Assembly (NCBI GenBank): GCA_021776075.1
Contig: JAJFGQ010000017.1
Span: forward strand, 1 to 52,996
Length of the DNA stretch: 52,996 nt
Origin: Alphaproteobacteria bacterium
Lineage (GTDB): Bacteria; Pseudomonadota; Alphaproteobacteria; Micavibrionales; Micavibrionaceae
Direction of reading: 5' to 3'
Shown here: positions 19,827-29,284 of the stretch, in pieces
Numbering within the stretch: position 1 is the first letter of the stretch
Layout of the letters: each line of letters begins with the position of its first letter
The notes under the pieces: model-generated
Databases searched by the model: none
Told to the model about the DNA's origin: nothing
Seen by the model: only the letters and a program-made list of their open reading frames with translations
Position numbers and translations under genes: made by a program

Positions 19827-20771
19827 ATGAAATCCATACGTTTAGTACCGGAAGAAACAAATATCGATTTTATCGGGAAGCGTTTTATCGCTTTTGCCCT
19901 GTCTTTTCTTATCATTGTGGGCTCCTTTGGGTTGGTTTTTAGTAAGGGTCTGAATTTCGGCATTGATTTTACCGGCGGGACGGTAATTGAAATTCGTGTG
20001 CCGGAAACCCCTGATCTGGGTGCTATGCGCGCCTTGTTGAACGGTTTGGAACTGGGCGCGATTTCTATTCAGGAATTTGGAGAGGAAACGGATATTATGA
20101 TCCGCTTGCCGCAGCAGGACGGCGGAGAAGAGGTTCAACAACTAGCCATTGGTAAGGTTCATGAAGCGCTGGATAAGAATTTTTCTTCTGCGGGAGCAAT
20201 TGATTACCGCCGGACGGAGTTCGTAGGGCCACAAGTCGGTGAGGAACTGAAAAAAGCTGGAGGTTTGGCCGTTTTATGGTCCCTGATCGGTATTTTGGCC
20301 TATATCTGGATACGATTCGAATGGCAGTTCGGCGTGGCGGCTATTGTGGCTTTGACTCATGATACGGTGGCGACGGTAGGTCTTTTTGCCCTGACGCAGA
20401 TGGAATTTAATTTGTCGACACTGGCTGCTGTTTTGATGATCGCCGGTTATTCTATTAACGATACAGTTGTTGTGTTTGACCGCGTGCGGGAGAATTTACG
20501 CAAATATAAGAAAACGCCGCTGGTAGAGTTGTTCAATATGTCTGTGAATCAAATGCTTTCGCGGACTTTAATGACATCGTTGACGACTTTGCTGGCGCTT
20601 GTCGCTTTGTACTTGTTTGGCGGTGCTGTTATTCAGGGCTTTATTTCGGCTCTGATTTTCGGCATTGTGATTGGTACATATTCCTCCATTTACGTGGCTT
20701 CTCCTGTTTTGCTCTTTCTCAATGTGCGCAGAAACCCTGAGGAAACAAAGGAAACTGTTAACGTAATGTAA
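19827..20771 (+). CDS. secF: protein translocase subunit SecF
   Basis: 314 aa, with GIDFTGG and the SecF TM region. Confidence 0.92.
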   Translation: MKSIRLVPEETNIDFIGKRFIAFALSFLIIVGSFGLVFSKGLNFGIDFTGGTVIEIRVPETPDLGAMRALLNGLELGAISIQEFGEETDIMIRLPQQDGGEEVQQLAIGKVHEALDKNFSSAGAIDYRRTEFVGPQVGEELKKAGGLAVLWSLIGILAYIWIRFEWQFGVAAIVALTHDTVATVGLFALTQMEFNLSTLAAVLMIAGYSINDTVVVFDRVRENLRKYKKTPLVELFNMSVNQMLSRTLMTSLTTLLALVALYLFGGAVIQGFISALIFGIVIGTYSSIYVASPVLLFLNVRRNPEETKETVNVM

Positions 20772-20832
20772 ACATTCTTGTCATATAATCGTCTTGTCTA
20801 ACATATATCGATGAAAAGACCGGGGGATTACG

Positions 20833-21000
20833 ATGGCAGGCTCAGTAGGGGACATTTTTAAAAGCGCAGCATCCGGTGCCTTGCCAAAAGCCAGTATACC
20901 GCCCGTAGGAAGCGCTTTTGCTTTGGCTGCTTCTGCCGGCAGAGGTGGCGGAACCCACGCTCAGGCCTCACCAAAAGCCCCGCAAGCACCGACACGGTAA
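20833..21000 (+). CDS. possible small protein (55 aa, Ala/Gly/Pro-rich); not in ORF track
   Basis: ATG 20833 preceded by GGGGGA SD. A TATAAT box lies at ~20783. An intrinsic terminator lies 30 nt downstream. No homology recognisable. Confidence 0.25.
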   Translation: MAGSVGDIFKSAASGALPKASIPPVGSAFALAASAGRGGGTHAQASPKAPQAPTR

Positions 21001-21030
21001 AAAGAGAAGGTTATTCTGGCCTTTTTATAA

Positions 21031-21061
21031 ATCACTCTGATAGTCTCAGGGTGATTTTTTA
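21031..21061 (+). terminator. rho-independent terminator (10-bp stem with 1 mismatch, 5-nt loop, T6 tail)
   Basis: ATCACTCTGA-TAGTC-TCAGGGTGAT followed by TTTTTT. It lies downstream of the secF/small-ORF transcription unit. Confidence 0.45.
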
Positions 21062-21079
21062 TGCAGGGAAGGTAGAATA

Positions 21080-21457
21080 ATGGATATCACGCCCCTTATA
21101 CGTGCCGATCAACAGGTGATTCAGAGCTATAAAGCGGGCCGTTTCAAGGTCAGTAGCCGGTTCTATGAGTCCGGTATTTTCGTGTTTCCCGACAGGACGG
21201 AGTTGTGGCCCGCGGATAAAGGCGTGTCTGATCTTGTCGTGTCGGATTTCCAGTCCTTGATAGAGCAAGCGGGCGCACTTGATGTGGTTTTACTCGGTTG
21301 TGGTGCCAAAGCCGAGTTTTTGCCCTTTTTAACGCAGGATTTGAAAGCGCACGGACTGTTTCTGGAGGTTATGGACACGGGTGCAGCTTGTCGGACTTAT
21401 AACGTCCTGATGGCTGAAGGCCGCCGTGTTGTCGCAGCGTTGTTGCCTGTTACTTAA
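21080..21457 (+). CDS. Mth938-like domain protein (DUF498 family)
   Basis: 125 aa, with the conserved VVLLGCGAKAEFLP region. AGGGAAGG SD. Confidence 0.7.
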   Translation: MDITPLIRADQQVIQSYKAGRFKVSSRFYESGIFVFPDRTELWPADKGVSDLVVSDFQSLIEQAGALDVVLLGCGAKAEFLPFLTQDLKAHGLFLEVMDTGAACRTYNVLMAEGRRVVAALLPVT

Positions 21458-22302
21458 GGGGCTTGCCGGACCTGTAGTTTATGGTGTTTGCGGACCTTGC
21501 CCCGTAGGCGGAAGCTGATCTTGTTGTCATCAAGCTCTACGAAAGAATAAGCGCCGCTGGGGACACGGTAATGTTTTTTCCAGGCATGGGTTAAAGATTG
21601 CTGGGTGATGTAGTGAATGCCGTTGACCTCGCGGTGCTGGTTTCTATGAAGATGGCCGCCCATGCATAAAATAACGTTTCCGGCTTTTTCAAGAATGCTT
21701 CTAATGCGGGGGACTTCTTCCAGATAAAAACGCCCGGCAATATCGTGGTTTTCATTGGCAAGCTCGGGACCGTTGGTCAGTGGTACGTGAGAGAAAAGAA
21801 CCGTGGGCTTTTTTGTTTTGTTTATGTCCTGTTCCAGCCATTCAATATCTTTATCGTCGATTTCCAAACCGCCTGTTATGCCCTGACTTGTTTTCGGATT
21901 CCAGAAAACCAGATGATAGCCGTTCATATCGCGGCTGTAGGATGTTTCCGGCGTGCCCATGATTCTTGCGTTTTCGGAACGGCTTAAATTTTTCTCATCA
22001 TGATTGCCGATGACGGAATGAAGCGGGGCCGCGATTTTGTTGAAATGCTGCTTCAGTTCATACATGTAACGGGCGTCTTCTGCGCGGTTGCGGCGTTTTT
22101 GTATGAGATAACGATCGTCATCTTCGTTTTTATTACTCCGGGCGACAACACGGTCCCCCATATCAACAACAAGGTCGGGGGCGTAATCGTTGGCAGCCTT
22201 GACGAATCCCTTCATTAGCCGGGGGGCTTTGGAGCCGAGTTTAGCACGGACATCAATGCCATAATGGATGTCCGTAATGACAGCAATACGTAGCTTTGCC
22301 AT
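21454..22302 (-). CDS. metallophosphoesterase (calcineurin-like)
   Basis: Motifs DIHYG, GDRV, GNHDE and GHLH, typical of the Mn/Fe phosphoesterase fold. Confidence 0.8.
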   Translation of the reverse strand: MAKLRIAVITDIHYGIDVRAKLGSKAPRLMKGFVKAANDYAPDLVVDMGDRVVARSNKNEDDDRYLIQKRRNRAEDARYMYELKQHFNKIAAPLHSVIGNHDEKNLSRSENARIMGTPETSYSRDMNGYHLVFWNPKTSQGITGGLEIDDKDIEWLEQDINKTKKPTVLFSHVPLTNGPELANENHDIAGRFYLEEVPRIRSILEKAGNVILCMGGHLHRNQHREVNGIHYITQQSLTHAWKKHYRVPSGAYSFVELDDNKISFRLRGKVRKHHKLQVRQAP

Positions 22303-22347
22303 ACGGAGTCTTCCCTGTTTTATCTTTTTATTATATGTGCGCCCTTA

Positions 22348-22971
22348 TCAGGCCGCTATTTTCATCGGTCCTTTTTCAAGCAATGCAGCGACGAAATCCC
22401 AGTTAATCATGCTGTCGACAAAAGTTTCGACATATTTTGGCCGCGCATTGCGGTAGTCGATATAATAAGCATGTTCCCATACATCACAGGTCAAAAGCGC
22501 CGTTTTGCCTTCGGTGAAGGGAACGCCGGCATTGCCGGTTTTCATGATTTCCAGTTTCCCCGTGGCGTTATCCATGGCTAGCCAGCCCCAGCCGGATCCG
22601 AACTGTGTCAGGCAGGCATTAGAGAAATCAGCTTTAAATTGCCCGTACCCGCCAAGATCGGAGTCTATTTTCGCTTCCAGAGTACCGGGAAGGGATGTGC
22701 CCCCCCCTTGCGGTTTCAGACAGTTCCAGAAAAAAGAGTGGTTCCAGTGTTGGGCGCCGTTATTGAATAGCCCGGCATTTTGTTCCTTTTGCGCGTTCAT
22801 AACAACGGCTTCCAGTGTGCTGCCCTGATCCGGCAGGCCTTCCAGGATTTTATTTCCGTTGGTGACATAGGCCGCATGATGCTTGTCATGGTGAAATTCA
22901 AAGGTTTCTGCTGACATATAAGGGGCCAGAGCGTCATAGGCAAAGGGCAGTTCCGGAAGATCAAAAGCCAT
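22348..22971 (-). CDS. sodB: Fe/Mn superoxide dismutase
   Basis: 207 aa. Metal ligands in FHHDKHH and DVWEHAYY. Confidence 0.92.
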   Translation of the reverse strand: MAFDLPELPFAYDALAPYMSAETFEFHHDKHHAAYVTNGNKILEGLPDQGSTLEAVVMNAQKEQNAGLFNNGAQHWNHSFFWNCLKPQGGGTSLPGTLEAKIDSDLGGYGQFKADFSNACLTQFGSGWGWLAMDNATGKLEIMKTGNAGVPFTEGKTALLTCDVWEHAYYIDYRNARPKYVETFVDSMINWDFVAALLEKGPMKIAA

Positions 22972-23134
22972 TTATATTCTCCTGTTTGTGTATTTAGGGA
23001 ATAGGATACGCGCTGAGGGCATGATTTTGAACTTTTTTCTTTACAATTTTAACGATTTGGAAAATAGATAGCTTCTATAATAGGGAACATAGGGAATTGG
23101 GAGTTCACATTTCTTAACGGTTAGGACAAAGAAT

Positions 23135-23407
23135 ATGGCTTTACCACCAATTATTGCGAATAATCCGCTTGTGAAAGCGCTCAAGACAGAATCATCTTCC
23201 GATACGCCACCTCCGGCAAAGGGGCCGGAAGGAGGAAGCTTGCCTCAGGATGTTGTGGAAATTTCTTCAGCGGCTGTGCAGCGTCTTGAGGAATCACGAC
23301 AATCGGAGATATCCAGTCAGGAGCAGGCCAGAGAAACCGCCGTTGAAACACGCAGTTTACTGGAAGAAAGCGGCGCGTCACTGGGCCTTGACTCAGAGTT
23401 TTCGTAG
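23135..23407 (+). CDS. possible small acidic protein (90 aa)
   Basis: ORF with a weak SD (AGGACAAAGA). Ser/Glu-rich with low complexity. Convergent on the FecR-like gene. Confidence 0.3.
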   Translation: MALPPIIANNPLVKALKTESSSDTPPPAKGPEGGSLPQDVVEISSAAVQRLEESRQSEISSQEQARETAVETRSLLEESGASLGLDSEFS

Positions 23408-23429
23408 GCTGCTGTATCGCCGACAGCTT

Positions 23430-24452
23430 CTAGCGTGATCCCCGTTGCCGGGAATTGCTTCTTAGATGATGTTTTTCGTTGTTTTCCTGTTGCCGGGCGG
23501 GGTCCCCTGTCTGGTGTTCCCGCTCATTTTCCGTCCGTTTTTGAGGAACTGGCCGGGGGGCAGGTCGCTCTAAGCTGCCTTGCTTTTCACGATAATTTTG
23601 TCGGTTTTGGCGCATATCGTTTTTCTGTTCCTTGATTTTATCACGATATTCTTCCCGTCTATCCTGAATGTTGTCACGCTTGTTGCCACGGCGCTCCTGA
23701 ATGTCATTACGCTGGTTCTGTTTGCGGTTTTGAATGTTTTCCTTGTGGTGCCTGTATAAGGCCTTGTGACTTTCTTTTCTTTGGGCAACACGTTGTTTGA
23801 TATGGTCACGGCGTTTCATAGCGACCACTTTTTTGGCGCGCTCGAGTTTTATTGTCGGCCATGTTTTAGCTCGGGAGGGGATGGCATTGCGGCTGCGGAT
23901 TGTTGTGCCCTGTCCTTTGCCGACACGGATACGACCGCGGTTTGTTTCAACGGAGACTTCCCCGTTATCGACAAAAACGGCATATTCATTATCAATCTCA
24001 CCGCCCCACACGGTTGTTCCCCGCAGGCCGATAGAGCCGTAGGTCGTATTAATCTTGATATCCGGTTTTTCCCGTTTGCCTAGTAAACCGCTGACGAATA
24101 GGAAGGGCCCGCGTGTAATGGAGAAACGGCCTTTATTCTCGGAAGCTTCATCCGGGTCAAAAACGTAATCATCAACGGTCAGGAGCGCCTTTTCACTCAG
24201 TGTTAATTCTGTGTCGTCAATAAACAGGATATGCATTTTAGATTCTGAACCGGTTTCCAGCCTGTCATCCAGATGGATAGGCATATCGGGTTTGGCTGCT
24301 TCTGGTGTTTTTTCTCCATATTGGATGGTCGCAGCGCCTTCTATCTCGATGATGGTGCCAATAACGGAGTAATCTATATCCTGCGTGGCATAAGTGGGCG
24401 TACTATTCAGTAGAAGACCAAAAACCAGTAAAGACAGTATTCTGATAGCCAT
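23430..24452 (-). CDS. secreted FecR-domain protein with a highly basic low-complexity C-terminal tail
   Basis: Signal peptide MAIRILSLLVFGLLLNSTPTYA. FecR-like beta-rich domain (LRGTTVWGG). The C-terminal ~110 aa consist of R/K/Q/N/E repeats (NIQNRKQNQRNDIQERRGNKRDNIQDRREEYRDKIKEQ). Confidence 0.7.
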   Translation of the reverse strand: MAIRILSLLVFGLLLNSTPTYATQDIDYSVIGTIIEIEGAATIQYGEKTPEAAKPDMPIHLDDRLETGSESKMHILFIDDTELTLSEKALLTVDDYVFDPDEASENKGRFSITRGPFLFVSGLLGKREKPDIKINTTYGSIGLRGTTVWGGEIDNEYAVFVDNGEVSVETNRGRIRVGKGQGTTIRSRNAIPSRAKTWPTIKLERAKKVVAMKRRDHIKQRVAQRKESHKALYRHHKENIQNRKQNQRNDIQERRGNKRDNIQDRREEYRDKIKEQKNDMRQNRQNYREKQGSLERPAPRPVPQKRTENEREHQTGDPARQQENNEKHHLRSNSRQRGSR

Positions 24453-24534
24453 CTTTTTCTCTCCATGCGGGAATCAACGAAAAACAACAGCGTCTATACT
24501 GGCATGCTAAAGAGCTATGTCAATACGTGCTAAT

Positions 24535-25182
24535 TTAGCGTTGGAACTGTCCGTTTTTCAGGAAATTCAGCGTTTGTTTCCGCGCTTTGCGGTTATTCAT
24601 GATGAATGTGTGTGTGGCATCAATGACGATGTGATCTTTCATGCCGTTGAGTTTTGTGCTTTCAACAGAAACCAGACCGTCATGCGCGCTGGTGAAAAGA
24701 TGGGAAAAATAGGGGTGACTCAGGATGGATGTGCCGGCAATAATGCCGAGATCATAATCAATTTTTATCTGTGCGGTGGCGGCTTTCTGAAATGTAGTCG
24801 TGAGTTGCTGGCCTGTTATGCCGAATATCTTTTTATATAAAGTAACGTCTTTCAGCCGGTCCGCGACTTCACTGCCGCCATGGGGCGGGGCCAGCATAAC
24901 AACGCGGCCAAGGTTATCGGGCTTGAACTGTGAGAGCAAATCGCGGGTGATAATGCCGCCCAGAGAGTGGGTCACAATATGAATGCGGTCATAATGATCG
25001 CCGACTTCGGAAATCCGGTCTTTGACACAACTTATTAAATCATCATGGGTGTTGTTACAGGAGCGGTATCCGATATTATGCGTGTCATAGCCACCATCTC
25101 TTAAAAACCGGGCAAGCCATGCCATAGAGAGTTTTGGCTGAGCCATGCCGTGTAGCAGGATAACAAGTTCTTTGTTTTTCAT
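24535..25182 (-). CDS. alpha/beta hydrolase (esterase/lipase-like)
   Basis: Nucleophile elbow VTHSLGG. LHGM oxyanion region. Confidence 0.75.
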   Translation of the reverse strand: MKNKELVILLHGMAQPKLSMAWLARFLRDGGYDTHNIGYRSCNNTHDDLISCVKDRISEVGDHYDRIHIVTHSLGGIITRDLLSQFKPDNLGRVVMLAPPHGGSEVADRLKDVTLYKKIFGITGQQLTTTFQKAATAQIKIDYDLGIIAGTSILSHPYFSHLFTSAHDGLVSVESTKLNGMKDHIVIDATHTFIMNNRKARKQTLNFLKNGQFQR

Positions 25183-25187
25183 TTGTG

Positions 25188-26519
25188 TTACGCGGCTTTT
25201 TGTTTTTGTTGAATCCAGTTATCAAGATCGTTTAAGGCTCGGCGGCTCATAGCCGGTTTACGCTCTTTCTTTTTGAATTTACCCTCCAGCGGTGGAAACA
25301 GGCCAAAATTAATATTCATTGGCTGGAATGTTGCGGCATCCGCACCGCCGGTAATGTGGTTCAGGAGTGCGCCCAGAGCCGTTGTCAGCGGTGGCAGGGT
25401 AGCCGCTTGTTCATTGTCGGTAGCCATCCGTCCGGCCATGAGCCCGACGGCCGCGCTTTCGATATAGCCTTCACAGCCGGTAATTTGTCCGGCAAAGCGC
25501 AGGCGCGGCATGACTTTCATGCGAAGTTGTTTATCCAGAAGTTTGGGCGAATTTATGAAAGTATTGCGGTGCAGGCCGCCAAGACGGGCAAAGTTGGCAT
25601 CTTCAAGGCCGGGAATTGTTTTGAAAACAGTGGCCTGTTCGCCATATTTCATCTTGGTCTGAAAACCGACCATGTTATAGAGCGTGCCGAGCGCGTTATC
25701 CTGTCGTAACTGTACTACCGCATAGGGCTGTTCATCTGTGTGCGGGTTACGTAGCCCTACCGGCTTCATCGGTCCGAAACGTAGCGTATCTATACCGCGC
25801 TCTGCAATAACCTCAATCGGCAGGCAGCCTTCAAAATAGGGCGTATCTTTTTCCCAGTCCTTGAATTCCATTTTATCTGCGGCGAGCAGGGCATTGATAA
25901 AAGCGCCATATTGCGCTTCGTTCAGCGGACAGTTGATGTAATCAGCACCTTCGCCTTTATCGTAGCGGGACTGAAACCAGCAGACATCCAGATTGATGCT
26001 GTCTTTATCAACAATGGGTGCAATGGCGTCGAAAAAGGATAGCGCCTCTTCTCCGCTTAAGGCACGAATAGCTTCGGCAAGGGCCGGAGAGGTCAGTGGT
26101 CCCGTGGCAATAATCACATTGTCCCAGTCTTCCGGGGGCAGGCCGTCAATCTCACCACGTTCAATCGTGACAAGGGGATGGTCTTCCAGCGCCTTTGTCA
26201 CGCCTGCTGAGAAAATATCACGGTCTACGGCGAGTGCTCCTCCGGCGGGAACGGCCGCTTTATCGCCTTCACGCATAATCAGCGAGCCGCAGCGCCGCAT
26301 TTCCTCATGCAACAATCCGACGGCGTTGTTTTCCGCGTCATCGGAACGGAAGGAGTTGGAGCAGACAAGCTCCGCAAGTCCGTCTGTTTTATGGGCGGCG
26401 GTCTCGCAGGTGGGGCGCATTTCATGGAGTATCACAGGCGTACCAGCTTGTGCAGCTTGCCACGCGGCCTCACTCCCGGCTAATCCGCCGCCGATAATAT
26501 GAACAGGTTTGTTTGTCAT
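25188..26519 (-). CDS. trmFO: methylenetetrahydrofolate--tRNA-(uracil-5-)-methyltransferase TrmFO
   Basis: 443 aa from the ATG at 26519 ([22 protein letters not shown]-binding). GidA-like fold. Confidence 0.9.
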   Translation of the reverse strand: MTNKPVHIIGGGLAGSEAAWQAAQAGTPVILHEMRPTCETAAHKTDGLAELVCSNSFRSDDAENNAVGLLHEEMRRCGSLIMREGDKAAVPAGGALAVDRDIFSAGVTKALEDHPLVTIERGEIDGLPPEDWDNVIIATGPLTSPALAEAIRALSGEEALSFFDAIAPIVDKDSINLDVCWFQSRYDKGEGADYINCPLNEAQYGAFINALLAADKMEFKDWEKDTPYFEGCLPIEVIAERGIDTLRFGPMKPVGLRNPHTDEQPYAVVQLRQDNALGTLYNMVGFQTKMKYGEQATVFKTIPGLEDANFARLGGLHRNTFINSPKLLDKQLRMKVMPRLRFAGQITGCEGYIESAAVGLMAGRMATDNEQAATLPPLTTALGALLNHITGGADAATFQPMNINFGLFPPLEGKFKKKERKPAMSRRALNDLDNWIQQKQKAA

Positions 26520-26572
26520 GAGGGGCTTTTTATTAGAAGATGCCCTGAATCGCAAGAGAAAATGATTTACGG

Positions 26573-27526
26573 CTACTCAAAGAAGTAATGAATAGCGAGC
26601 ACAAGTGCCACAGAGACGGCGAGGCCAAAGATCATTTTCATAAAATCCTTGCCGACCAGCGGGAAGATATAACCGAATTTATATTTTGCCCGGTAAGTGT
26701 GAGCAATCGCGATTTCCCGCCCGGTCAGGACGCCGACAAATACCCAGGTCGTGGACATGGGAATGTCGTTATACTGCTTGAAATAGAGCAGGATGAACGC
26801 ATAAACCAGATCAATGATGGTGGCGGAACGCATGAAACGTGTGCCGCTTTTTTCCAGAACGATTTTCTGGATTTTACCGCCGTGTGAGTAGAATATATAG
26901 CCCAGCCAGCCGCACAGAATGACGATGGCGCCGGCAAGATATTCCAGAGGTAATTGCCGCGGTAGATAGACAGCGATATTCGCCATGTCGTGTGAGAGCC
27001 ACGTGAACCACAGGAATCCCGTAGAGAACCACTGCAGGGTACGCCAATAGATACGATGTTCCTTTTTAACCTTGTTGAATTTTTCATTGATAAAGCGGGC
27101 AATGACCATCCAGAGGGCAAAGGCCACGATGGCAGCAAGGCCGTAACCGATCATGCTTTTAACTAGCATTTTTTCCAGTACAAATGTAGAGGCAAAAACA
27201 GAGAGCACAAGGAATGTCGTGGAAACCGGTATACCGAAGCGCGTTAGCAGGACAAGGACAGCCGGGGCCGCTGCGTGATACCATTGAATTTCCTGATAGG
27301 GGATTTTATTCAGGCGGCCATAGGATATATCACCGTCATTGACCACCCAGCCATAGCCCAGTGTAAAGATAAGCACCACAGAGGCCGCCAGCCAGAGCCA
27401 GTACCATTTGAAAACTTTGATATTTGAAGCGATGAACGTGCCGAGTGTCTGGACTGAGTCGTTGGCGATAACGGCGTAGGCGGCGAGCATAAAGCCAATA
27501 AAGGCGTAGAGTGCGTGAATATCCAT
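26573..27526 (-). CDS. PiT/PHO4-family phosphate-transporter-like membrane protein (short form)
   Basis: 317 aa polytopic protein. The N-terminal [12 protein letters not shown] resembles the PiT GANDVANA motif, and the C-terminal [12 protein letters not shown] resembles the second PiT repeat. Confidence 0.55.
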   Translation of the reverse strand: MDIHALYAFIGFMLAAYAVIANDSVQTLGTFIASNIKVFKWYWLWLAASVVLIFTLGYGWVVNDGDISYGRLNKIPYQEIQWYHAAAPAVLVLLTRFGIPVSTTFLVLSVFASTFVLEKMLVKSMIGYGLAAIVAFALWMVIARFINEKFNKVKKEHRIYWRTLQWFSTGFLWFTWLSHDMANIAVYLPRQLPLEYLAGAIVILCGWLGYIFYSHGGKIQKIVLEKSGTRFMRSATIIDLVYAFILLYFKQYNDIPMSTTWVFVGVLTGREIAIAHTYRAKYKFGYIFPLVGKDFMKMIFGLAVSVALVLAIHYFFE

Positions 27527-27606
27527 GAATAGTTTCCCTCTATATTTCGTTATTCAGCAGACTTCTTGCTGCACTGCATAAAGAGTTTTTTTCAGGATTT
27601 CAAGCT

Positions 27607-28431
27607 TTATTGGGGACGAATTTCCTTCATGATTTTTTCCCATGTTTTGCTACGTAAATTCTCATGTTTTGTGAGCTCTTGCGAAAAATCCGTTGCGGAT
27701 TCAATGCCGGATATCAGGTGTTCTTTTTCGACATGGGTGATCTCCAGTCCGCCAACTTCCGGCAAGACCCCGCAAAATATGGCTTTGCCTGCTCCGAATC
27801 GACGGCTGGCGATGGCAATGGGATTTCCCTGAACGTCGGCATAGCAGGCAATAATTTTATGTCCTGTTTCTTCCGCGTCATCCGAGAGATCAAGCCAGGG
27901 ACCTTGCGCATAACAGGCAGCACCGAGAATACCGATTTCACAGTCTTCTGCAGCATTGTTGAAATGAAGGCGGACAACGGCATGATTGGCCCACGGATTA
28001 TCCGGTTGCTGTCCGGCTTTGGAGTAGTCCGGCAGGGGGCCATAGGCTGTGCCTTTGAAAAACCCTAAGGGTTTAACTTCGTGTGTATCGTTTGCGGCGC
28101 GGCCATTGTAAAAAAACTGCTCGGCGGCCAGATAAGCTCCCGCACATATGCCGACATAGATGCCGCCGTTTTGTACATATGTCTTTATATTTTCCATACC
28201 TTTGTGGCCAAGAGCTTCCCGGTAGCTGCTGTCATCCCGTGTTGTGCCGGGCAGGAAAAAGGCGTGCGTGTTTTCTGTCAGGGCGCGTCCATGGATAATA
28301 TCCTCTGCCGTGACTTTCCTGATAATAAAGGCTTGTTCATTAAAGCTTTGACGTAGATTGTCCATCAGGGCGCTGACGGCTGCCGGTTTTTCTGCGTAAA
28401 CAGCGATAATTTTTGGTTGTTGTGTTGTCAT
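27607..28431 (-). CDS. class I glutamine-amidotransferase-fold (BPL_N-like) domain protein
   Basis: 274 aa with GGIYVGICAGAY, a nucleophile-elbow-like Cys. Function unknown. Confidence 0.5.
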   Translation of the reverse strand: MTTQQPKIIAVYAEKPAAVSALMDNLRQSFNEQAFIIRKVTAEDIIHGRALTENTHAFFLPGTTRDDSSYREALGHKGMENIKTYVQNGGIYVGICAGAYLAAEQFFYNGRAANDTHEVKPLGFFKGTAYGPLPDYSKAGQQPDNPWANHAVVRLHFNNAAEDCEIGILGAACYAQGPWLDLSDDAEETGHKIIACYADVQGNPIAIASRRFGAGKAIFCGVLPEVGGLEITHVEKEHLISGIESATDFSQELTKHENLRSKTWEKIMKEIRPQ

Positions 28432-28445
28432 AGCTGTATCTCCTT

Positions 28446-29240
28446 CTAGAGAATTTTTTCACCGACCATAATAATAATTTCAACCAGAATCAGGATCACG
28501 ATATACCATTCAACATGAAGTGTCCGGCGCTCTTGAAGCATGCCGAGCATCGTTTCAGCGGTACGGTAAATAAGGTCAAGTTTGTGTCTTAAGGCTGTAT
28601 GGCGTTCCCGCAATTCATATTCATCTTCCAGCCTGACATAGAAACGTTCCAGTTCCGGGTTGTCCCAGAGGAGTTCCGGTTTTTCCTCAATTTCCACATG
28701 GCCGACCATTTTACGCTGGATAGAGAGCGTCAGTCCGATATGGCGCATTAAACCCCGTGTCTGCCGGCCCCCTATTTTCCCGGTTTGCATGTTCGTTGTA
28801 ATGGGTTCAATCCGGTCAAAAATTTCTGTCATACGGGATTCATAATGGGACAGCATAAGGCTGGGAGCTATAATTTCGGCCACAAGCTGCAGGCGCTCTA
28901 TATTCCATTGGCTAACATGGATAAATTCGGGTTCCGTACCGTCTGCCTTGTTTTTATCCAGTTTGATTTCAGTTTCTTCCGTTTCCGGTGTTTCAAAGGG
29001 TTCAATGATGAATTCTTTTATGTCTTTCAGAAACGAGGATTCTTCCAGCATATTTACGCCGAACAGGACCGCGATGCCATAGCGAAACAGAACGGCATAG
29101 CCATTTTCTCCTACTTTTATAATAAAAGGAGAGGTTCCCAGCTGCTTGCTTTTTTCCAGTGCCTTCATATTGAGTCTTTGCCCTAAAAAGAGGGCGCGGA
29201 CATTCATTTTCGTGCAGTCGTCGGAAAAGGCGTGTTCCAT
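28446..29240 (-). CDS. RMD1/DUF155 family protein
   Basis: Similar to the DUF155 core (YGIAVLFGV, ERLQLVAEIIAPSLMLSHYE). Start chosen at the ATG at 29240. The longer TTG extension would overlap the next gene. Confidence 0.65.
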   Translation of the reverse strand: MEHAFSDDCTKMNVRALFLGQRLNMKALEKSKQLGTSPFIIKVGENGYAVLFRYGIAVLFGVNMLEESSFLKDIKEFIIEPFETPETEETEIKLDKNKADGTEPEFIHVSQWNIERLQLVAEIIAPSLMLSHYESRMTEIFDRIEPITTNMQTGKIGGRQTRGLMRHIGLTLSIQRKMVGHVEIEEKPELLWDNPELERFYVRLEDEYELRERHTALRHKLDLIYRTAETMLGMLQERRTLHVEWYIVILILVEIIIMVGEKIL

Positions 29241-29284
29241 TCTGTCGATCCAATTGTTTCTACAGAGTGCTTTTTTATCTGATT

